Part shown: piece after piece, positions 12,966 to 22,100 of the stretch
Position numbering within the stretch: the first letter of the stretch is position 1
How the letters are laid out: every line of letters starts with the position of its first letter
NCBI GenBank assembly: GCA_044892505.1
Contig: CM097883.1
Location: 34,472,001-34,526,936, forward strand
Direction of reading: 5' to 3'
Length of the DNA: 54,936 nucleotides
DNA from: Schmidtea nova
Taxonomy: Eukaryota
Position numbers and translations under genes: made by a program
The notes under the pieces: generated by a model
Seen by the model: only the letters and a program-made list of their open reading frames with translations
Told to the model about the DNA's origin: nothing
The model's database searches: none

Positions 12966-14773
12966 TACTTAAATAAACTTTAAATTATTATGACTTAATT
13001 CAAGATAGTAATAATTCTAGTATATGTCATTTGATAGTGTTGAGAATATCTGAATAATAAAATAAATTTATAAAAATAAATTTATTAAATGATTTGTGGG
13101 AAATGGATAGAATAAACAGTACACAGGTCTAGGAAAAATCAATGAAATCAAACAATGAAACAAAACAAGGTTATTATTAATTAACATTACAAAACAACAA
13201 CAAAAATATTAAGTCAAGACTCGCTTATCTCGACAGCTTGTATGAAATAACGAATTGGTCACAGGAGAAGCCGGGAAAAGAAAATGAAAAGGAATTTTAT
13301 ATCTTGGCAGCTATCAGAGATAACAGGATAATTTGAAAAAGGGGGGAATTGCGAAGGGCAATATTAACAAATGGAACTTATAAATAGTTATCTGTTAATT
13401 GTCAGCAAGCGACAGTATGTAAAACTACATTAATGTTGGGCCAGCCAAATAGAGAAAAAAATGAAATAAAAGTAGATTAATTAAAACAAAAAAGAGAAAA
13501 ATAAGGTAAAAAGGGGAATATTTATTTATTAAAAGAAAGGAATAATATAGTAAAAATATAGAATAACTAAGTACAAGCTATAAATAAAAATAAATGAATT
13601 TATAGATATTAACGGGCCCAGGAGACATCTAAAAACAAATAAAATACAAATAATAATAATTAAAACCAAATAAAAGTACTTGTTATTGAATAATTGTTTT
13701 TGAAACCCGGACCTCCAAGGAAGAATACAATCTAAAAAATAAAAATTAATTAGAATCAAAAACAATAATTAAAACCCACCATGAAATCGGCCAAATCCGA
13801 TTGGTCAGTCTAGATCAGACTGATCAGTATAAATACTGATCAGACTTTGGATAAAACAGACTTAATACCTAATCTTACAACGTCAGTTGAGAGTGTAAAA
13901 TTTAGCTCACTAATCAAATAGACTTTGAATTCTAGACGAACCGATCGAAGCAAACCCAGACGAATTAGGTATTTTGGTTTCTGTATTATTTTATTCATGA
14001 TTGTGTCATTTGCTTTGTCATTTATCTATTGATCTAATTATTTATGTATTTATGCATTCATGTGTTGAAATTTGTTATATGAATTAAACGTTATTGTGAT
14101 TAGACTCAACATTAAAATATATAATGATCATATTAATTTTGCGCCGTTGGGAGCTTTAGGTTCCCAAGGTGTCCGTCCGTGGCGTGGTGCTCGAGGGCTC
14201 CACACACGGTAAAGTAATAAATAGTAAAGCACAATTTTATTAGTAGTGGTTGAGACTTGCACATGGGACACCCAACAAATCCGGGAAATTATTTTCTGAT
14301 CATTTTAGCTACAGAGGGGACGAGAAATTTTTGATAAAGCTTAAAGATATGAAAGAAGTTGTTAACCGGGAGGAGGCACAATTTTTCACCCTCACCATAG
14401 CGCCGCTGTTTAATAAACGTCTAATAAACCTTAGGAAAATTATGTCGACCGCGTTTGGTACAAAAGAGCGTTTTTTTCGAATAAACTAGGGATACATGAC
14501 GGGAGAGAGCTTCCGTTTTGAGTTACCAATATTTTGAAACTCCAAGCAGACGAATCACCATTTTTTTCGTCTATCAAATTGATCATAAACAGATAAAGCT
14601 AAGTAGATACGAGAGTAATGCATACTGTAACAAACAACAGTTTTTTCTTGATTTCAGCTAAGGTCTAAGGGGAAGGCAAATAATAAAGGAATCACGATGA
14701 GAGATAACATTTACTATGATTAATTATTGATGTAAATTGTAACTATTATAAAATTCAGCATCGTTTTAGAATC

Positions 14774-15250
14774 ATGGCTAAGCATAGATACACTATCAAA
14801 AAACGACAAGAACGAGCCCGAGGTAGCCCATTAAAGCCGGCTCCTTTCGAGATTTTACAGCAAATCCACCAAAAGATGTGGGCATGGCGCCGAGAGCTCG
14901 AAACCGCCTGTCCATTTACAGTATGGGACCATCCACGGCATCACGTATGGTACCGGGGATGCGCTAGTTGGCCAATCATTCCAGACGAGGAATACGAATC
15001 ATGGCACGCCGCCTGGTTCATCATGATGTTGGACAAAGGTGGATTCCCGAGATGTGTCATTTATTGGGGGTTCATTCCAGCCTCTACCTTCAAGGAATTG
15101 GGGTTCAAGTTCAATACAGCCATCCGACCCCTCCGAGAAGCTGAGAGAATCCGTTTCCAGCAGGCCTCGTCCAATAACACAGGAATCCATACAAATTTGC
15201 AGATCCGCTCGGTATTTTCGTATCGAGGAAAAATGACCGAGGATGAATAG
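14774..15250 (+). CDS. LTR-encoded ORF A, 158 aa, Trp-rich, unknown function
   Basis: ATG-initiated GC-richer island between AT-rich spacers; TTTTAG 4 nt before the ATG; AATAAA about 30 nt after the stop. No family recognised. Confidence 0.6.
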   Translation: MAKHRYTIKKRQERARGSPLKPAPFEILQQIHQKMWAWRRELETACPFTVWDHPRHHVWYRGCASWPIIPDEEYESWHAAWFIMMLDKGGFPRCVIYWGFIPASTFKELGFKFNTAIRPLREAERIRFQQASSNNTGIHTNLQIRSVFSYRGKMTEDE

Positions 15251-15566
15251 CTGAATCAATGGCCGCCTGTTTTTAAATTAAATAAATGTTTTAAAGAATT
15301 CTGAAATGTTCGTTTTGTTAATAGTGTTGTCATGTAGATTTAGTATTGTAGTTGTTATAGTCATTAGGAAATTCATTTATTAATATAAAATTAGTTCAAT
15401 AAACCTTTTTAGTCTTCAATGATTAGATAGTTAAATAATTTTGTAGAGAACTCAACAATTAAAAACATTAATATACATCTCGTTTAATAATAATAATAGT
15501 TGTTTAAATAAAATAACATTGTTGATAGGCCCTCCAGTGAATTTATCGTTATAATCTTCAGACAAC

Positions 15567-16151
15567 ATGCCGACTTCAGAAAATTCGAAGAAAATCATGG
15601 GACAAATTCAAGAGAGAAAGCTGAGGGACCAGCAGCGACAGATCAAGCGACTCACGGTCGCCAATGATGAATTGAAAGCGAAGTGGTTCTCGCCCGAACA
15701 GATGAAGGACCAGTCGAAAAAACTCGAGCGAGTGCAGGAAGCATTGGCTACAACCAAATTGGAATTAGATGCCGTCCAGCGAGAACTCCGAAATTGCCTG
15801 AACGCAGTAACAAGAAGTTACATCGACTCCGAATTACGAGCGCTAATCCGGCCGATCACGGCTCAGCGCTGGATACAATGCACTCACCAAGATGTCGCTT
15901 GCGGGACGGAAGAGGAAATCATCATGGCACCCACTCTTACAACGGAAGATTTGCCTATTTTTCCCAGTGATCCCCCGAGAACAATAGCGTCAGCACCGGT
16001 CATAAACCCACAGCTTCGAAAACATCGAATGGGATCGCGACAGCGTCGTCGTCGCCGAGAATTTGCAAGGCGCCTGGACGAACAAATCCACCACCTGAAC
16101 TCCTTAACCGAAGCAGAGTTAATCCAGGAGATTAGCCTGGAGTTTGAATAG
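15567..16151 (+). CDS. LTR-encoded ORF B, 194 aa, coiled coil plus Arg-rich motif
   Basis: ATG-initiated; heptad-rich N-half; RMGSRQRRRRREFARR; CTTCAG 5 nt before the ATG; AATAAA about 40 nt after the stop. Confidence 0.65.
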   Translation: MPTSENSKKIMGQIQERKLRDQQRQIKRLTVANDELKAKWFSPEQMKDQSKKLERVQEALATTKLELDAVQRELRNCLNAVTRSYIDSELRALIRPITAQRWIQCTHQDVACGTEEEIIMAPTLTTEDLPIFPSDPPRTIASAPVINPQLRKHRMGSRQRRRRREFARRLDEQIHHLNSLTEAELIQEISLEFE

Positions 16152-16684
16152 GAAAATCTCCATGTAACATAACAACCTGTCTTTATTATTTTAATAAAGT
16201 ATTACTGTGTAAATTTTTTCTCTCATCGTGTGATTTCACTAAATAAAATAAGACTACATAAGTAATTCGTAGAACTAAAAATCGCATCGTAAAACCTACA
16301 CCGACCGTTACTTAGCAGCGAGAGTTTTCGTGGGCTTGTAGAACAGCGAGAGAGAGCGTCATTGGGAAAAGCGTGTGATAGATCATAAGTATATGTAGTA
16401 TAAAATTCAGTAGGAAACGAACATCCATAGAATGTAAATGCGTAAGACCTTCTATCGGCAGCAAGAACCCGAGGGAAGATAAATGGGGAGTAGTTTTGGC
16501 GACAAAGCTCACCTGCCCATCATTTTTCCACCACCGTATGCAGTACCAACTTGACTAGTGGGGAATAGTCAAGGGCATACGCGTGTAGTAGTCATGTTAT
16601 GTATGGTTATGGGCGCGGAATCCCTAGTATGATTAATTGTTTATTTGAATTACTTAAAACCCACCCATAATCCCAGCATAAATT

Positions 16685-16702
16685 TGGGGGCTCAGCCGGG
16701 AT
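16685..16702 (+). other. Primer binding site, tRNA-Pro-like
   Basis: TGGGGGCTCAGCCGGGAT matches 16/18 to the canonical tRNA-Pro PBS TGGGGGCTCGTCCGGGAT; it begins 6 nt after the LTR end. Confidence 0.8.
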
Positions 16703-17006
16703 CAACTTTGTTTTATGCGGAAAAGGTGAACCCAATGACAACAGAGAAATTTAAAGTCAGAATTTTGTGAGTAGAAATAGTAACCGAAAGAGTAATCGAG
16801 ATAAAAGTGAGTTGCGTGGAAATAGATAATTACAGACAGGGAATTAAAACAAATTAGTAGATATATTGAACAAATGCATTCATAAATAACAGGTCGGGAC
16901 GACAATTTACCGAAACACGGGGGGAGGCTATAAAACTGTCAGAAACGAAACACAGTACTACTTTTCGAATAATATTAACACAGTAATTAAATAAATTATC
17001 TAGGAA

Positions 17007-17468
17007 ATGGAGGAAAAACTGAAAGAAATCGAGGAATTTTTCAACACCGAGAACGATACATTTGAGACAGTCTGCGAAAAAATAACCCGAATAAGAGCAT
17101 CCGAATATGAGGAACCTACGACACAAACTGAGGAAACAACTGAGTTAATAAAAATCATAGAGAAAGTAAATAAACTCGATATAAATACGCGATATAAATG
17201 GTACAAAGCACGATTAGAGGATGCCGAGTTGAATATCAGATGCCGACATATAGAACAGCAGTTAAGCCTAACATATAACCGATGGATGTCGCAAGGGGTC
17301 GAGGCAGCAAAACAATATAAACAATGTTACATATGCGAAAACAGTGAAATCCAAATAATGTTTTTACCATGTGGACATTTTCGATTCTGTAAAAACTGTG
17401 CGAATAAGTGTGATGAGTGCCCCATGTGCAATTTCTCTGTAGCTGATAAAATTGTGGTTTATTTATAA
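17007..17468 (+). CDS. Retroelement-borne RING E3 ligase, IAP/MDM2-type C-terminal C3HC4 RING, no BIR domain, 153 aa
   Basis: CYICENSEIQIMFLPCGHFRFCKNCANKCDECPMC...KIVVYL* has the LPCGH core and hydrophobic C-terminal tail typical of IAP-type RINGs; helical N-terminus. Confidence 0.85.
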   Translation: MEEKLKEIEEFFNTENDTFETVCEKITRIRASEYEEPTTQTEETTELIKIIEKVNKLDINTRYKWYKARLEDAELNIRCRHIEQQLSLTYNRWMSQGVEAAKQYKQCYICENSEIQIMFLPCGHFRFCKNCANKCDECPMCNFSVADKIVVYL

Positions 17469-17942
17469 TAAATATTTAGAGTGTGTTAATATATTGTATC
17501 GAATGACAAAGTCAAGGGAGCAATCAACAATGTTAATTAATTTTTGAGCTACTGTCAAGTAGTCCGTTAAGCACCCATTGGCAGGTACCAGTTGATCAAC
17601 CCACTCGGGGTATATAGAAAGGGGCCAATCGCAAATGTTGGAAAGCTTTTGTGATGTGATTGATCACCACATCCCGCATTAGTAGACCAACGCGATCTTT
17701 TTGTATATTTTGGTTGGGGAGAGAAATAGGGAAAACCCTGATGAGGTAAGATGCGCGCAGAGAAAATAATAAAAATGGAATTATGACTGATCAGCGAAAG
17801 AATTAGTAATAAAACAAAGAATCGAGGAATTATAGAGAAAAATAAGAGGTGCATAATCAGCTCGCATGAAATTGAGAGAACTCAGCTGAGAAATTGTAGT
17901 CGCTAGCGAAGTTAAGAATTACGATTAACCGGTTAAGGAAAA

Positions 17943-18098
17943 GTTATCAGCGGTTTGTCCCTTGAAACAAAGGGTTATTAGAATTTGTCCCTTGAAACAA
18001 AGGGTTATCAGCGGTTTGTCCCTTGAAACAAAGGGTTATTAGAATTTGTCCCTTGAAACAAAGGGTTATCAGCGGGTTGTCCCTTGAAACAAAGGGTT
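17943..18098 (+). repeat. Leader tandem array 1: five copies of TTGTCCCTTGAAACAAAGGG, alternating 31/30-bp units
   Basis: Direct read; ABABA spacer pattern. Confidence 0.95.
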
Positions 18099-18150
18099 GA
18101 GGCCAAAGAGCCATATTGAATGACCTAGCTAGGCGTTATTGAGAGATACG

Positions 18151-18308
18151 ATTTAAGGCCAATAGAGCCATTTGAGATAATTGAGATATGATTTAAGGCC
18201 AATAGAGCCATTTGAGATAATTGAGATATGAATTTAAGGCCAATAGAGCCATTTGAGATAATTGAGATATGAGTTTGAGGCCATAAGAGCCATTTGAGAT
18301 AATTGATA
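18151..18308 (+). repeat. Leader tandem array 2: about four 40-41-bp units (ATTTAAGGCCAATAGAGCCATTTGAGATAATTGAGATATG)
   Basis: Direct read; partial copies of the AGGCCAA.GAGCCA core flank the array. Confidence 0.92.
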
Positions 18309-18351
18309 TTAATTAGAGGCCAAAGGAGCCAATAGGGATATCCGGATATAT

Positions 18352-18566
18352 AGTAACGGAGGGAATATAGGCCCAGGGTTACAATTGTTGAGTAGCAACG
18401 GAGGGAATATAGGCCCAGGGTTGCAATTATTTAAAATTAAAGGAAGATAGTAATGGAGGGAATATAAGCCCAGGGTTACAATCGTTTGAGTAGCAACGGA
18501 GGGAATATAGGCCCAGGGTTGCAAGTGATAAGAAATAACAACAGAGGGAATATAGGCCCAGAGTTG
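18352..18566 (+). repeat. Leader array 3: five copies of AACGGAGGGAATATAGGCCCAGGGTT with variable spacers
   Basis: Direct read. Confidence 0.92.
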
Positions 18567-19115
18567 TGATCGTCGACGATAATGAGAATAGTGCGCACCG
18601 ATAATAGAGAAATGCGAGTAAAGCTGATTATGCGACCTAAAATAATGCATGCAAGTAGAATTGAGAAATAAGAGCTGACCGGAAAGACCGGCAGAATTAA
18701 TAATTAGAGGCTAGCAGAGAGAAAGATAAAGAGATGGTAAAATAATAATCGAGTCAAATGACTCAGGGAATTAGAGCGTTCGAACGACAAATAAATTGGG
18801 AGACCGCGGGAAAAATAATTGATGTATTTTAATAACCGATAGATAATTGTTATGACTAAATAGATAATTGTGACTAGTATATAGATAAATTAAATAGACT
18901 TAAATAAAGGGGAATCTGGGAATGGGGAAAAATAATAGAAACCCAGTAATGAGAAGTCCCGTAAAAAGGGAATAAAAGCGCAACGATAACAATAGAGTAT
19001 CGTTGAAGTGACATTTGTATTTTAGATAAATCAATCAAACCAAACCAAGCAACCAAGGAAGAAAAGAATCGGAACACGATAAGACAGGAAAATTGAGTAT
19101 ACAAAAGTAATCCCG

Positions 19116-22100
19116 TTGAGAAAAGGAGAAAAGAGTGTCATAATAAAACCAGCAGAAAAGAATAAAGCTACCAAGAATAATAATCAGAAAGGCCTAAAAG
19201 GAAGTAAAGCAAGGCAAATAATAATACAAAAGTCGATTATCGAAAACGATAAATTATCAGTAACAAGCAACAGTTCAAGCAACAAAGAAAATCAAGCAGA
19301 ACCCGAGAGAAACCCAATAAGTGAAATAGAAGTCGACAAAACCAACAACGATTATATAGAAGAAATAGAAGACGAAGTAGAACAAGAAACAGAAAGTGAC
19401 GATACCGATAACGATAGTAAAGCATCAGATAACGAATCAGCAAAAGAAACTGAGATCGACCGAAATTCGAGTGACGAACCTAACAGTGAACTAGAAACAA
19501 GAGGAAACGAAAGTAAAATAACTACAGACAGCGGAATCGAAATGAGTGAACCAAGAGAAGAGATAAAAGACAAATTTTCCGGAGAACCGTTTAATGGAGA
19601 TGCGAGCAAACTGGAAACTTTCTTAAAAGAATTTGGCATATTCGTGGAAGTATGCAAGTGGAAACCAGAAACAACTGTAAGCAGAATTCAGCTATATTTG
19701 AAAGATAGCGCATTAGATCTATATTTGGAAGCAAAAAATGGAACTAATCCACCTACAAGTTGGTCAGCGATAAAGGACTTTTTCCAACAAACCTTTGGAA
19801 TAAACAAAGTATTGAATGAGGCATTCACGGAATTCTCAATGAGGAAACAAAAGATAAATGAATCGAATGCGGTATATGCGAGCGAATTGAAAAAGTTAGC
19901 AAAGTTGATCTTTAATCAAGACAGCCCAATAAATGAGGAGTTAATGGCAGCTATCTTTGTGGGAGGATTAAGAAGACCCGACATAAGAGCGCAAGTTGGA
20001 TGTCAAGGGTGTAAAACCATCGACCAAGCACTAGAAACAGCTAATAGATTTGAACTACACATGATAGGAAATGATGGTAGAATCTATTTAGCTATGGATA
20101 CAGCACAAAACGAACAAGAAGTGAACCTGAATAACCACATTCCAAATTCACAACAATTAAACCGACCACCACCGCAACGAAGGAATGAAGGGAATAAAGT
20201 ATCAAATTACGGAAATCAAAACAATTACAACCCCCAAGGACCAACGAAACAATGCAAAACATGTGGGAAATTGGGACATTGGCAACAAGAATGTTATCAG
20301 AACTTGAATTGTGGAAAATGTGGAGTAAAAGGGCATTCAGAGAGCAGATGTTACACAATAACCTGTTTTAATTGTGGACGGCCTGGACACCTATCAAGAA
20401 ATTGCGGACAAAGAAGCAATCAACGAGGAAACTGGCAGAATACCGGAAACCGACAAAACTATGGAAACCAACCAACTGGTGGAAATCGACAGAATTATGG
20501 AAATCAGCCAAATAATGGAAACCAACCGGAATACGGAAACCAACCAAATAGTAATAATAATAACCAAAATAAAAATACCACTAAAGAGATACATTTAATG
20601 CAAGAGGTCCAAAGATTGACGGAGCTGATAAACAATACAACCAGAGGAAATCCGCAAACAGGTCAACAACAAATCAATATGATGAGAAAAATAGAAAGCG
20701 AAAACGAACGATTGAATCGGGAAAGTCAAGCACGACATGCTCAGGAATGGGCAAGAATACAAAGAGAAGAGGAACAAAAACAGCAAGAAAGAGAACGACA
20801 ACCTCTAAGAATTAATATGATGAGAGCAACCAATCAAACAAATACCCACGAGAAAGAGACTGTACCAGAAATAAATCCAACAAACCCGAATCCAACCAAC
20901 AACGAAGGCCGAAAAGAGATAATACAAGAAGATGAAGAAGCAGAAAAAGAAACAGAAAAGGAAGTAGAAAAAGAAGGGAACCAAGAAGAGAAAAGGAAAC
21001 TCGGGAAAAGAGGAATGATGGTAATTTTGCCAAACAAGCACGTGTTTCGATTCCAATATAACATAAAAGAAGAAGTAGAAATATTGTTCAATAAAGTGAA
21101 TGAAATGGCTCCAGGAGTAACGAAACTGCCCAGAGAAGCATTCCTAAAAATAGAAGGTGCACCAGAAGTAAAATTGAAACTAACGGATACATGGGAAAAC
21201 CTGGGAGTAGTAGAGACAAAAAGAAATGTGATGGTAATCAAGGAAATAGAACCAGAAGGAATTCCATCGCCAGTGCGTCACGAAACACGAATCAGTCGAA
21301 TATTTAAAGGGAAAATGATACGAAGACGGTTGGGAGAAATAGACGAGTTAGAACGAAAAATGAGAAAGGTCGGAGTAGTAGACGACAAGAGTGAATCAAC
21401 ACAAAAAGCTATTAAAAGTGAAACAAGACCAACGGAAAATACACCAAGTGAAATCAACCAAATAAAACACATTAACATGTTGAGAGGCCAGGCAAAGAAA
21501 TTCTCAGATGACGAAGAGGATAGTGACGTCAGTAGTCTAGCCGGAGATATGCTAAACGAACCGGAAATTGAAGACAAAAAGATAGAAGTAGTAAAGACAC
21601 CAGAAACTATTCAAGTAAAAGAGGACGAGATCCAGAAATTATTAGATAACGCGCTAGAAGTAATATATAATGAGGAATTCATTGACAAGAAACACTATAG
21701 AAAATTCATGAGAGCAATATTACAAATGAACTATAAAGAGTGGTTACCAGGCCGAGAAGTAGAAACACTAAGCCAGTACGTAGGAAAATTATTAAAAGAA
21801 CCACTCCATGAATATATAATCCTAATAGAGATAAAAACATGTTTGCCAAGGATTTGGATCAAAACTCCACTCACGGAAGATATTTATCAATGGGTAGAAG
21901 ATAGATTAGGGAGTTCATATAAAAACAAATTCCTCTATTCACAGAATGGACTAGTGAAGAAAAGGACGCATTTGATAGAAACAGGCATATGGCCAGGAGA
22001 GGTGACAACACTATCGATATGCGATGATAAGAGAGAAGAGAACCTACAAGAAGTAGCAAAGGAAGCAAATATGTGTTTCGAGAAGAAGATAAAACCACGG

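Larger units (their letters stand above)
13434..16678 (+). repeat. 5' LTR, 3,245 bp
   Basis: TGTTGGG...CCCAGCA termini (6/7 inverted match); repeated at 38495-41739. Confidence 0.97.

Noticed and set aside
13430-13433. TTAA duplication as a piggyBac signature
   Set aside because: It flanks TG...CA LTR termini of an RT/IN element; the other LTR insertions here also have 4-bp TSDs of different sequence.
14250-14489. Third LTR ORF of 79 aa, and the minus-strand LTR ORFs
   Set aside because: TTG or other non-ATG starts, short, no compositional or motif support.
16399-16411. TATAAAATTCAGT as the LTR TATA box plus initiator
   Set aside because: The two motifs abut rather than lying 25-30 nt apart, and the same 12-mer occurs at 14747, so the TSS cannot be assigned.
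17007-17468. Direct recent capture from the neighbouring host RING gene (both ORF-track entries are 153 aa)
   Set aside because: The equal length is an artefact of a TTG start inside an exon; the N-termini are unrelated and the RINGs share only family consensus residues.
17943-18566. CRISPR-like appearance of repeats with spacers
   Set aside because: Eukaryotic context, no cas genes, and the spacers are short and themselves repeated.
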